Numbered from the stretch's first letter, positions 1 through 9,842 are shown. The stretch: DNA of 64,000 nt from Flectonema sp. DT1601 (GCA_964019425.1 OZ025795.1:868001-932000), one strand, 5' to 3'. Made by a program: numbers and translations. Notes: a model not told the origin generated them from the sequence alone.

Positions 1-3000
1 AGAAACAGCAATTACGGTGAGACCGAAATTCTGTAAAAGCATATCTACACCCGTTCTCTGTAATGCACTGACAAAGAGAGTCAGATCTCTATCAAAACGA
101 AGAATATCCATGACACTATTCATAAGAACAGTTGTAGGTGTTGGGACTCCAACAGGAGGAAATAACACATTCGGAATTGGTGTAGATACTGGAACCTGTC
201 CAGGAACTGGTGCGGCAACATCACTCGGGACTAATACTTTGTCAATAATGTGAATGATACCATCACTTCCGATACGATCTGTTGCATCAACATCAGCGAT
301 ACCATTTATAACAATATCATTTGTAACTCTACTTATACTATACACTAAATTACTACCATAAATATTAGCCAATGTCCCTGGGGAGTTAGAACGCAGGTTC
401 GATATTGTATAGTATCCCGAGACGATGTGATTTTGGACTATTCTCACATAGTCTTGGTTTGTATATGTAGCAGTTCTGGCTAACTCTGCGTATGCTGCAT
501 CAGAAAAAGCAAAAATAGTATAGCGATTGATGCTACTGCTGGGAATAGTTCCGAACAGATTACTTTGAAAAATCGCAGAAAACCTCCGAAGATCCTGTCG
601 CAGTGAGATGATAGTTCTGATTGTATCTAACTGTTGGGAATTATTGTCGATTACTTGAGAGATGACGTGTAAAAGACCGTTAGACGCCTGTCTGTCCGGA
701 AGAGTAAATCCGATAGTCGATCCTATTATTACGTTACCACCTAAAGTCTGTATCCCTGGGCTCGATGATAAAGAGCTTTGAAGTACCCTTCCTGATACCA
801 AGTGATTCCTAACAAATTGAGTTGCTTCATTGGAATCTGTTCTTAATTGTTGTAATCTACTTCCAACAACACCAATAAAAGCAGAATCTGATGGAGCTAA
901 CACAGTAACCTGTTGACTATTAGAGCTTAGTAAGGATATTACATTAGATCTTTGAACAATTTGATTGAATATCGTCATGTCTCCCCTTCCTTGAATTAGT
1001 TGCAAAAGAGTAACACCAGAACTGCAGATACCATTGCTGCAGGTTCCAGTAACCCCATTGAAACTACAAGAAGAACCATCAATACGAATAGATGCAACAC
1101 ACTGTCTAATACTACTACAGATACCATTATTATGACAAGATGATGGAGCTGGACATGATGAACCAGTAACTGTGCAGCTTTGAGCATTTGAGTTCGTACA
1201 AACTCCACTCTGACAACTTCCTAAGGAACACGGTGAGCCATTTTGTTTTAATGTGGCACTGCACTGTAACGTTGAGCTGCAGGTTCCAACATTGTGACAC
1301 TCAGTTGGTGTGCATTGTACTCCTTGAATTGAACAAGTTGAGCCTCCGACAGATGTACAAACACCATTCTGACATTGTCTACTTAATGAACAAGGTGAGC
1401 CATTTACTTTTACTGTTGCTACACACTGTAGAGTGTTGCTGCAGGTTCCATCATTGTGACACTCCGATGGAGCCGAACACAGCGTACCCTGGACTGAGCA
1501 GGTGTTTGAATTTACTCTTGTGCACAATCCATTCTGACACTGTCCAAGAGAACAAGGAGATCCATTTATCCTTACTGTGGCTGTGCACTGTAAGTTAGCA
1601 TTACAGATCCCGTTATTATGACATTCAGTTGGTGCAGTGCATTGAGTTCCCTGAACAACACAACTACCTCTATTAGTTGTTATACAAACACCATTCTGAC
1701 ACTGACCTAATGAACATGAGAATCCATTAGGTCTCAATGTAGCAACGCATTGAAGTGAAGCACTACAAGTACCAACATTGTGACACTCAGAAGGAGCGTT
1801 ACATTGAACTCCTTGAACTGTACAGGTAGTAGAGCTAACTGAAGTACAAACACCTCCAACACATTGTCTATTAAGTGAACAAGGTGATCCATTTATTCTA
1901 ATTGAAGCAATGCATTGAGAATTAGCACTACAAGTACCAACATTGTGACACTCAGAGCGCGTACATTGACTTCCCTGAACAGCGCAATTTCCAGCAGTTG
2001 TCGCGGTACAAATACCATTCTGACAGAATCTATTTAGCGAACATGGAATACCATTTGATTTCACAGTTGCAATGCATCGTAAAGTTGAATCACAGAGTCC
2101 GATGTTGTGGCACTCCGAGGGAGCGTTACACTGATTCCCTTGAACAGTACAACCTCCAGAAGATGATGTTGATGTACAAACACCATTCTGACATTGTCTA
2201 TTGAGAGAGCATCTTGTTCCAGAAGTCTTTACTGTTGCTACACATTGTAATGAAGAGCTACAAACACCAAAGTTATGACATTCAGAAGGTGGGTTGCATT
2301 GCGTTCCTTGAAGTGTACAAGTATTTGTATTAGTTGGAGTAGTGCAAACACCATTCTGACATTGTCTATTCTGTGAACAGGGTGATCCATTTGTTTTTAA
2401 TGAAGAAACACATTGCAGATTACTATCACAGGTTCCAATGTTATGACACTCTGAAGTAGCTGAACATTGAACACCCTGAAGTGTACAAGCAGTAGTAGAA
2501 ATTGAACAAACACCACTACGACACCGTCTGTTTAAAGAACATGAAGTACCATCTGCTTTAATCTGTGCGCTACACCGCAGGGATGAATCACAAGTACCTA
2601 GTTGATGGCATTCCGAAGGAGTGCACTGGCTACCTTGAACTGTACAACTGTTTGAACTACCCTGACACACTCCAGTCCGACATTGTCTTCCCTGAGAACA
2701 AGTTGTACCATCGGTTTTAAATGAAGCAATGCATTGTAATAAACTATTACATGTTCCTGATAAGTGACATTCTGTAGGTGCATCACAGATCTGTCCCTGA
2801 GCCGTGCATGATGATTGAGGAGATGTATTAACACAAGCACCATTACGACAATTTCCAATTGAACAAGGAGATCCATTTGCCTTTGAGCTTGCTGTACATT
2901 GAAGAGATATATCACAGGTTCCAATGTTGTGGCACTCTGATGGTGCTGGACATGATTGACCTATTGAAGTGCAAGCTCTACAGATTCCAGATGAACATCT

Positions 3001-4614
3001 ACCCTGTTGTGAACTAATAACACATGGTGATCCATCTTGTTTTACTGATGCTGTACAGGTATTACCTGAACCACACACTCCGATATTATGACATGCTGAA
3101 GGTGCTGGACAAGCACTTCCAAATGGACATGTTTGAGTGGTTCCACAAACACCAGCTTGACATTGTCTCATTGTGTTGGTAGTTGAATCTAAACAAGGTG
3201 AGCCATTAGGTCTAAGTGTTGCAATACATTGACCTTGTGTATTACATATTCCACTTTGATGACATGAACTAGGTGCTGGACAAGATCCTCCTGTTGAACA
3301 ACTAGAACAAATCCCATTATTACAAGTACTAGACTGTCCGCTATTAGTCGTACAAAAGGATCCATTCGGTTTCATAGTTGAGACACAACGACCACCTGAT
3401 CCAGAACAAGATCCTCTGTTAAAACACGGTCCAGCAGCAGGACAGTTGGAGCATTGATTCGAGCAAAGCTGCTCACATGTAAAACCACCAGAGTGCTGAC
3501 AATTGAATGGCATGTTTGGAATAGTTCCAACACATTCACAGAATCCACTTGAAGAAGAAGTAATAATTGCACTACAAGGAAGATCTCCTGAAGGTAGTCT
3601 ACCTCCAGTTGAAACACACGATGTAGTTGCTCTCCATGCAACACAATTAGTACCACCATTGGTGTTTGAAACACACGTACCAGTTCTACAAACACCAATA
3701 CTACAAACTGATCCATCAGCTATTACAGGATTCGTACATCTTCTTATTGTTGGATTACAAGTACCTGGTGAATGACACTCACTTATAGCTGTACATTGAG
3801 AATCTAATGAGCAGGTAGATCCCTGACCAGCAGAAGTAGTCATATCGCAAGGACATGCAAATCGTAAGTCACTTCTTCTGTAGTTCGCTGGGTCAGTAGC
3901 TCCAGCACCAGAGAAGCTTGCTGGGAATATTGAATTCTGAAGTGGGCTGTAAGATTCAAAAACTGATAAAACAGAACCCGCAGCCTGACTAACTCCACTA
4001 GACAATAGCTGTCTCATAACACCAACACCAATGGCATGTGAGAACACTCTGCTGTTTTGGGTGCAGGTCTCACCACAAGTTGCTCCTAATCCGGAAAGGT
4101 ACCAGCAGCGGTTTTGAGTGAGAAGACCTCCTCCTGGGCAGTTGGCTACTGGTGTAGTAGGTCCTCCTCCATTGAAGGATCCAACACAGATTCCATTCAC
4201 ACATCTATCGTTAACAGTAAATTGATTACTATCAGTGCAGGGTGTTCCGTCATTTAGTTGTGGATCGCTGCAGGTACCAGAAACAGAGTTGCAAACACCA
4301 ACACCTCTACAAGGACCTCGTGATACGCAAGTTTGCTGACATTGCGATGCTGCTGCTGCAGTACACGTTGGAAATCTAGTACTCCACTCACCCCTGGCTG
4401 TGACTCCACAAGTAACTGTTTCACATAAGAACCCTGTTCTTCTAAATACACAAGTACTCAAATGATTCACAGTTGATCCAGTACTGCATTGAACTCCACC
4501 TGTTCCCGTCTGAGGGAATGATGGTAATGCTTGAGGAGGGAATTGGATCAAATCAAACAAACACTGACCTCCACTACTGGCTATCAAGGCTGCGAGTGAC
4601 AGCGCTCGCAACAT
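1..4614 (-). CDS. Large secreted/surface protein: signal peptide, ~16 Cys-rich repeats, then at least 2 fasciclin (FAS1) domains; 3' end outside window
   Basis: Translated by hand. ATG at 4614 (MLRALSLAALIASSGGQC), open frame to position 1 (1538 codons, no stop, so absent from the ORF track). FAS1 motifs: VTVLAPSDSAF...NHLVSG...ASNGLLHVISQVI and YTIFAFSDAAY...NHIVSG...GSDGIIHIIDKVL; a third FAS1 begins at the edge. Confidence 0.9.
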   Translation of the reverse strand, partial: MLRALSLAALIASSGGQCLFDLIQFPPQALPSFPQTGTGGVQCSTGSTVNHLSTCVFRRTGFLCETVTCGVTARGEWSTRFPTCTAAAASQCQQTCVSRGPCRGVGVCNSVSGTCSDPQLNDGTPCTDSNQFTVNDRCVNGICVGSFNGGGPTTPVANCPGGGLLTQNRCWYLSGLGATCGETCTQNSRVFSHAIGVGVMRQLLSSGVSQAAGSVLSVFESYSPLQNSIFPASFSGAGATDPANYRRSDLRFACPCDMTTSAGQGSTCSLDSQCTAISECHSPGTCNPTIRRCTNPVIADGSVCSIGVCRTGTCVSNTNGGTNCVAWRATTSCVSTGGRLPSGDLPCSAIITSSSSGFCECVGTIPNMPFNCQHSGGFTCEQLCSNQCSNCPAAGPCFNRGSCSGSGGRCVSTMKPNGSFCTTNSGQSSTCNNGICSSCSTGGSCPAPSSCHQSGICNTQGQCIATLRPNGSPCLDSTTNTMRQCQAGVCGTTQTCPFGSACPAPSACHNIGVCGSGNTCTASVKQDGSPCVISSQQGRCSSGICRACTSIGQSCPAPSECHNIGTCDISLQCTASSKANGSPCSIGNCRNGACVNTSPQSSCTAQGQICDAPTECHLSGTCNSLLQCIASFKTDGTTCSQGRQCRTGVCQGSSNSCTVQGSQCTPSECHQLGTCDSSLRCSAQIKADGTSCSLNRRCRSGVCSISTTACTLQGVQCSATSECHNIGTCDSNLQCVSSLKTNGSPCSQNRQCQNGVCTTPTNTNTCTLQGTQCNPPSECHNFGVCSSSLQCVATVKTSGTRCSLNRQCQNGVCTSTSSSGGCTVQGNQCNAPSECHNIGLCDSTLRCIATVKSNGIPCSLNRFCQNGICTATTAGNCAVQGSQCTRSECHNVGTCSANSQCIASIRINGSPCSLNRQCVGGVCTSVSSTTCTVQGVQCNAPSECHNVGTCSASLQCVATLRPNGFSCSLGQCQNGVCITTNRGSCVVQGTQCTAPTECHNNGICNANLQCTATVRINGSPCSLGQCQNGLCTRVNSNTCSVQGTLCSAPSECHNDGTCSNTLQCVATVKVNGSPCSLSRQCQNGVCTSVGGSTCSIQGVQCTPTECHNVGTCSSTLQCSATLKQNGSPCSLGSCQSGVCTNSNAQSCTVTGSSCPAPSSCHNNGICSSIRQCVASIRIDGSSCSFNGVTGTCSNGICSSGVTLLQLIQGRGDMTIFNQIVQRSNVISLLSSNSQQVTVLAPSDSAFIGVVGSRLQQLRTDSNEATQFVRNHLVSGRVLQSSLSSSPGIQTLGGNVIIGSTIGFTLPDRQASNGLLHVISQVIDNNSQQLDTIRTIISLRQDLRRFSAIFQSNLFGTIPSSSINRYTIFAFSDAAYAELARTATYTNQDYVRIVQNHIVSGYYTISNLRSNSPGTLANIYGSNLVYSISRVTNDIVINGIADVDATDRIGSDGIIHIIDKVLVPSDVAAPVPGQVPVSTPIPNVLFPPVGVPTPTTVLMNSVMDILRFDRDLTLFVSALQRTGVDMLLQNFGLTVIAVS
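1010..3800 (-). repeat. Coding tandem repeat, ~150-160 bp (~50 aa) Cys-rich unit, ~16 copies
   Basis: Consensus CTVQGxQCxAPSECHNxGTCxxxLQCxAxxKxNGSPCSLxRQCQNGVC; DNA motifs such as acaccattctgacattgtc and tgtgacactc recur on + strand. Confidence 0.9.
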
Positions 4615-4906
4615 TTTCTTTAATTTACCTTTGTTATTAAAGACAGTTAAATAACGATTAGCCAACAACAAGTACTACGTAGTATGCCAACCCTCATACG
4701 ATTTAAGAATCTGACCAACTTCACATTTTCTTTTACAATTGATAAGCAGTCACTCCGATTAGAATTGTCCCTGTGTGAGAATAGTAAATAATCATCTGAA
4801 TGATGATAAAACAACAACTAACAGTCCTCCGAAGACATCGCGAGATACAAATCTTTTCTTAACCCAGACCCCAACTAACGAAGTATTAAGTTATACGACC
4901 CGTTCA

Positions 4907-5092
4907 TTAATAATCTTGTTGAGTTGATTGTTTTGTTATTTCAGTATCAGTTTGTGTTCCCTTACTGTACATGTCTGACGGTAGTTTATTAGAATATTCT
5001 TTCTTACCGCTACTACTGGTTAGCATTCCAAGTGGTAACATTCTGTCTCGTGTTTGTGCTAACTTCTTTCTGATTTCTTCGCTATTAGACAT
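4907..5092 (-). CDS. Possible small hypothetical protein (61 aa)
   Basis: ATG-initiated ORF on the cluster strand in an otherwise empty gap; no recognisable motif. Confidence 0.3.
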   Translation of the reverse strand: MSNSEEIRKKLAQTRDRMLPLGMLTSSSGKKEYSNKLPSDMYSKGTQTDTEITKQSTQQDY

Positions 5093-5358
5093 GTGGTGCT
5101 GAGTTCTAAAATAATGAAATTTAGATAAGATGAAATAGAACTTAATGTTACTCTCAATCCATCTTTTGGAACATGTTTTAATCTGAATGTGTGACTCTGG
5201 TTAGGGGTTGAGAAATTTGCAATACGATGTAATCATCTAGGAGCTGCAGCAAAAAAAAAAAGGATAGAAGAGGAAGGTTCGCTGCGATAAATACTGTGAA
5301 TGATGGTACCAGTTGAGGTTGTGAAAAAAAAGAAAAAAACCCCCCGATTCATATGTTT

Positions 5359-6696
5359 TCAACCATCACCTTTATCCTGATCTTTCAGGATATCTCTGGC
5401 CCTCTTACCAGATGTTCCATCAGATTTAAATACTCTACCACTCAGATGTCTAACTTGAGGTTCTTCAGGTTGATTAATGAACCAAGTCTTGAACCGTTTA
5501 TGACATGATGGTCCTTCTCTCTTTAAAGCTGAGATCTGTACCTGATTGATGCAGTCTTCGGGAAAACATCCTTTTTTAATAGGAACTCCTGACTCAGCTG
5601 CTATGCCTTTTCTGCCGAATAGAAATCTTATCAAATGAGTTGATAAGGCAACGTGAGTAGAATCCAACCAGGCTAAGCAAGGTAGCAGTGAATATTCTCC
5701 GTTATTGAAGTGTCGTGGTTGAAATAGTGGATGAGACCAGGTATCTGTTGTGTTTGAAAAATTGCATACCCTATTACGAATCTTTTCAATGTGTCCCATG
5801 AGAGATTGATTTTGAAAGTAGACAACACCATATGTTTCAGGTTCCGGATCCACCACCTTTACAAGAAATTTTAATAAATCAAAATGCGTTTCAAAATACC
5901 TGTCATGTTGTATAACCATCGTGTACTTCGTCCTAACATAACCTGCTAAGGCCAGACGAACAGCCCAACCAAAACCTTGTCGTTTATTGTCAAAGTCTAA
6001 TAGGGTTGTTTTTAAACCTTTATCTTCTCTTCTTTTAACTAAACCTGATCTTAAATTATCCTTGTACTGCTCATAATCAATAGCAGACTCCGAGTTAATG
6101 CATCCCCTTTTAAAACCGAGTTTATGTTTGGTACAGTCAGTGTTTTCAACGTTATCGTAACCGTCACAGCAAATAATTAAATGGCACTGGTCGAGACCAG
6201 GGATTTTTGAAAAAGTACTGTAGACAGCTTCAAGTAAGTCAGTTTCAGGATTTGACTGTGTTGGTGATGTTGTTATGATGACCGTGACAAATTCAGATAA
6301 AGTGCTTTCACTTTCAATCATCGTAATGTTGTTATCGAACTCAGATATGATGTCGTGTTTAGCAGGTGATTCTTTTTTTATAAACAACTCTCCATGATTA
6401 GATTTCATTATTGAGAACATCTTTTTGTAATCATCGTTTTCAGTGTTCTCAACATGTCCAAATGGACATCCTACCGAACCTACTCCCTCTGCAAATCGAC
6501 TTCCACATATCAATCCACATCTTTGATCTTCACACCAAGTTACATATCCTTTTCCTTTTAAGAAACTCTTTGCTCTTCCACTGCATAATGTTCTATTTTG
6601 AGGAACATTAAAAAAAACATCCGATAAACCGAGTTTAAGTGAAAGATACGGTCCGTCTCCAGGAAGGGTGTAGAGTGTGCCTGGATTAATACTCAT
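5359..6696 (-). CDS. Putative GT-A-fold glycosyltransferase-like protein (445 aa)
   Basis: VTVIITTSP...LIICCDG...GFGWAVRLAL...KYTMVIQHD pattern resembles the GT-A nucleotide-sugar-binding core with a DxD-like QHD. Confidence 0.55.
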   Translation of the reverse strand: MSINPGTLYTLPGDGPYLSLKLGLSDVFFNVPQNRTLCSGRAKSFLKGKGYVTWCEDQRCGLICGSRFAEGVGSVGCPFGHVENTENDDYKKMFSIMKSNHGELFIKKESPAKHDIISEFDNNITMIESESTLSEFVTVIITTSPTQSNPETDLLEAVYSTFSKIPGLDQCHLIICCDGYDNVENTDCTKHKLGFKRGCINSESAIDYEQYKDNLRSGLVKRREDKGLKTTLLDFDNKRQGFGWAVRLALAGYVRTKYTMVIQHDRYFETHFDLLKFLVKVVDPEPETYGVVYFQNQSLMGHIEKIRNRVCNFSNTTDTWSHPLFQPRHFNNGEYSLLPCLAWLDSTHVALSTHLIRFLFGRKGIAAESGVPIKKGCFPEDCINQVQISALKREGPSCHKRFKTWFINQPEEPQVRHLSGRVFKSDGTSGKRARDILKDQDKGDG

Positions 6697-7028
6697 TTGG
6701 TAACTGATAAGAACGAATGATCATCAAAAAGTAAACAAAGACCGTCATTTCAATCCATCATTCGCATCTGTACATATAAATACCCTGAATTGTGTGTTAC
6801 GAAGATGAAGGACAGTATCGGTAGTACAAAAGTAGCAAAATAACTTTTCCGATACGGAGATTTTAAATTTTCTTACATAATTTAAAAAAAAAAAAAAAGT
6901 ATTAATTGCAACACTTCAGGTTTACTGAGCGTTTAAAGAAAACACATGAGCAAAAATAAAATCAAAGTCTTTTATGCAAAGATAAGCTGGTTTTTTTTTT
7001 TTTTTTTTTTTTTTTTGCTGGTTTTTTT

Positions 7029-8597
7029 TCATCCGGAAAGCTCATTCTTAGTGTATGCAAGTATCCACGGTGAGTTGAATTTCTCTTTTTGCTTTTGCTG
7101 AGCACTGCTAAGCTCAGCTGTTTCTTTGGTAAACGGAAGTGAAAAAGCAGGCTGATGCTTATGAAAAGCCCTTGTAAGTGTCGGAGCATGAGACCATGCA
7201 GGAGACTCGCCAATGATTTCATTAAGTTTTTGAATGTAAGCAAGTTTCTTTTCGTATTCCATGAATACGCAAAACTTTAAAGTTTCAACCGCCACGTATC
7301 CTGTTGGCTTCATAAGTGAAAGACGTTCTGGTGTTAAGTTCTGAGCACCTTGGCAACTAGAATACATCACATCAAATCTAACAGGAGATTCCAACTTCGT
7401 ATTTAGTAATAAGTGTAGTCTTGAGGGATCAATGCCGCACATAAAAACTTTAAACTTTGGTAGTTCCGGAACCGCGTCTAAGACTTCTATTTTTTGTGAT
7501 TGTTTGTACTGAGGTGAGTCCCAAGCAGCTTTAAATTCAGAATATTCCCACTTCTCTCCAGTAAGACGTTCATACAACCATGATCTAAGGTTATGTAAAG
7601 CGATAAGTCCGTTACTATATTTGAATGACCCATCGTGTTGCTTTGATGCCAAGTCAGACCAACGTGTGTCAACTCCAAGACAAGCAAATGGACCAGATCT
7701 AATATCTCCAAGATAGACTCCGTTTTCTCGTTTTCTACCAATAAAAGTTGCGAGAGATTTGTTTGGGTTTTTGTATTCATAACGAGTGTCACGATGGGGA
7801 TTGATCCGACCCCAGTCGTATGCTATCCCAACTTGACGCCAATCTTTATATTCCGGCCAACGAAGGTGAGCACAATACGGAAGGAAGTTAGTATTAAAGT
7901 CCCAATCCATCATGTTAGTTTTACTGTCATAACGATCACCAACATCATTTCTAATTCTAGTATCCCACTGAGAATCAATAGTGAAAGTTGATTTATCAGA
8001 ACACCATGCGTCTAATTGTTCAGCTACCCAATCACATTCTTTCATTTTTATAAACGTTTCAAAGTCAACAATATTTGATAATTTTTCTTTCATTCCACCT
8101 CTAACCACTTCCGCAGCTTTCTTTGCAATTCTTTTCAATGTTCCGAAAGCAGTATCTCTGAGTAGAGTGTTTCCATATATCTCAAGAAATTCTGCACACT
8201 TATCGTCCAGTGATGATAAATCACTTTGTTCACAAAACCAAGTTAAGAAGAAAGTATGTCTCGATAAGTTTTTTAAATTAGATTCATAAACATAAAAGTG
8301 AATTGGTCTATCAGTGTGTCTTTTCATCTTTGAGATTGTTTCTATAATGTGACGAGAGTCTCCAGGATTATCTAATAAGATATTAATCGGTTCTTCAATA
8401 TCACCATCAAGATGTGCTGAAGGAATATTCTCTAACAGATCGAATGATGGACTCCAACCCCAACATGCTTCTGTTCCTACGCTGTTCTTTAACTCCTGCT
8501 TTGAGCTTTGCATATATTGCAACCCACTCGTGGGCGGGGCAGTTTGCTCCTGTGCGGCGGACATGTTATCTTTTTCTGAGAAGAATATTTTTGTCAT
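7029..8597 (-). CDS. DNAAF3: Dynein axonemal assembly factor 3 (PF22/DNAAF3 family)
   Basis: Motifs WGWSPSFDL, GDSRHIIET, FLEIYGNTLLR, WDTRIRNDVGDRYD..MMDWD, GDIRSGPF. True start may be the second Met (8564). Confidence 0.88.
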   Translation of the reverse strand: MTKIFFSEKDNMSAAQEQTAPPTSGLQYMQSSKQELKNSVGTEACWGWSPSFDLLENIPSAHLDGDIEEPINILLDNPGDSRHIIETISKMKRHTDRPIHFYVYESNLKNLSRHTFFLTWFCEQSDLSSLDDKCAEFLEIYGNTLLRDTAFGTLKRIAKKAAEVVRGGMKEKLSNIVDFETFIKMKECDWVAEQLDAWCSDKSTFTIDSQWDTRIRNDVGDRYDSKTNMMDWDFNTNFLPYCAHLRWPEYKDWRQVGIAYDWGRINPHRDTRYEYKNPNKSLATFIGRKRENGVYLGDIRSGPFACLGVDTRWSDLASKQHDGSFKYSNGLIALHNLRSWLYERLTGEKWEYSEFKAAWDSPQYKQSQKIEVLDAVPELPKFKVFMCGIDPSRLHLLLNTKLESPVRFDVMYSSCQGAQNLTPERLSLMKPTGYVAVETLKFCVFMEYEKKLAYIQKLNEIIGESPAWSHAPTLTRAFHKHQPAFSLPFTKETAELSSAQQKQKEKFNSPWILAYTKNELSG

Positions 8598-8682
8598 TAA
8601 ACAAAATACTTTACTCTTAAAAATAATTTACAACAACTTTTCACTCGTAACAGGACGTCTACAACGCTGACAAAGATCTATT

Positions 8683-8775
8683 TCAGTTCCCACTGTGTGG
8701 GTTCCAGTTGTTTTCCGCAGGTTCTGTGAATCGGTTGTCCCAACCTACAAAGATGAACGAATAGTTTATCATCAC
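8683..8775 (-). ncRNA. Box C/D snoRNA A (U74/snR64-like; LSU Cm2337 yeast numbering), copy 1
   Basis: Box C GTGATGA, D' CCGA, box D CTGA. Terminal stem AGCTCT/AGAGCT in most copies. D' guide GTAGGTTGGGACA is complementary to conserved LSU UGUCCCUAUCUAC, and the +5 rule hits the first C after UGU. Confidence 0.85.
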
Positions 8776-8831
8776 CAGAGCTGAGGAGAAGCATCGCAAC
8801 AACAAGAAGAAGGAAGGAAGGAAGGAAGTCA

Positions 8832-8916
8832 TCAGATGGTGGTGCATGTAAAATATCTGCAAACATGACGAATCATGTAAGAATGGAGTGATTTGTGTGT
8901 GAGTTTGTGTCATCAT
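8832..8916 (-). ncRNA. Box C/D snoRNA B (U33/snR55-like; SSU Um1269 yeast numbering), copy 1
   Basis: Box C ATGATGA, box D CTGA. D guide CATGCACCACCAT is complementary to SSU (A)UGGUGGUGCAUG, and the +5 rule hits the U preceding GGUGCAUG. Confidence 0.9.
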
Positions 8917-8975
8917 TTACGAGAAGTATGAAGAAGAACGGAAGCTACGAAGAGAAGAAGGTATCAAGCTCTATT

Positions 8976-9068
8976 TCAGTTCCCACTGTGTGGGTTCCAG
9001 TTGTTTTCCGCAGTTTCTGTGAATCGGTTGTCCCAACCTACAAAGATGAACGAATAGTTTATCATCAC
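8976..9068 (-). ncRNA. Box C/D snoRNA A, copy 2
   Basis: Same boxes and guides as copy 1. Confidence 0.85.
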
Positions 9069-9120
9069 CAGAGCTGAGGAGAAGCATCACAACAACAAGA
9101 AGAAGGAAGGAAGGAAGTCA

Positions 9121-9205
9121 TCAGATGGTGGTGCATGTAAAATATCTGCAAACATGACGAATCATGTAAGAATGGAGTGATTTGTGTGTGAGTTTGTGTC
9201 ATCAT
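9121..9205 (-). ncRNA. Box C/D snoRNA B, copy 2
   Basis: Same boxes and guides as copy 1. Confidence 0.9.
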
Positions 9206-9264
9206 TTACGAGAGGTATGAAGAAGAACAGAAGCAACAAAGAGAAGAAGGTATCAAGCTCTATT

Positions 9265-9357
9265 TCAGCTCCCACTGTGTGGGTTCCAGTTGTTTTCCGC
9301 AGTTTCTGTGAATCGGTTGTCCCAACCTACAAAGATGAACGAATAGTTTATCATCAC
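9265..9357 (-). ncRNA. Box C/D snoRNA A, copy 3
   Basis: Same boxes and guides; G instead of A just before box D. Confidence 0.85.
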
Positions 9358-9409
9358 CAGAGCTGAAGAGAAGCATCACAACAACAAGAAGAAGGAAGGA
9401 AGGAAGTCA

Positions 9410-9494
9410 TCAGATGGTGGTGCATGTAAAATATCTGCAAACATGACGAATCATGTAAGAATGGAGTGATTTGTGTGTGAGTTTGTGTCATCAT
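9410..9494 (-). ncRNA. Box C/D snoRNA B, copy 3
   Basis: Same boxes and guides. Confidence 0.9.
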
Positions 9495-9553
9495 TTACGA
9501 GAGGTATGAAGAAGAACAGAAGCAACAAAGAGAAGAAGGTATCAAGCTCTATT

Positions 9554-9646
9554 TCAGCTCCCACTGTGTGGGTTCCAGTTGTTTTCCGCAGTTTCTGTGA
9601 ATCGGTTGTCCCAACCTACAAAGATGAACGAATAGTTTATCATCAC
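9554..9646 (-). ncRNA. Box C/D snoRNA A, copy 4
   Basis: Same boxes and guides. Confidence 0.85.
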
Positions 9647-9698
9647 CAGAGCTGAGGAGAAGCATCACAACAACAAGAAGAAGGAAGGAAGTAAGTCA

Positions 9699-9783
9699 TC
9701 AGATGGTGGTGCATGTAAAATATCTGCAAACATGACGAATCATGTAAGAATGGAGTGATTTGTGTGTGAGTTTGTGTCATCAT
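9699..9783 (-). ncRNA. Box C/D snoRNA B, copy 4
   Basis: Same boxes and guides. Confidence 0.9.
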
Positions 9784-9842
9784 TTACGAGAAGTATGAAG
9801 AAGAACGGAAGCTACGAAGAGAAGAAGGTACCAAGCTCTATT

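Noticed and set aside
8713..8724. TTCCGCAGGTTC, complementary to the SSU 3' end (U13-like guide)
   Set aside because: It is on the non-snoRNA strand and present only in copy 1; likely chance.
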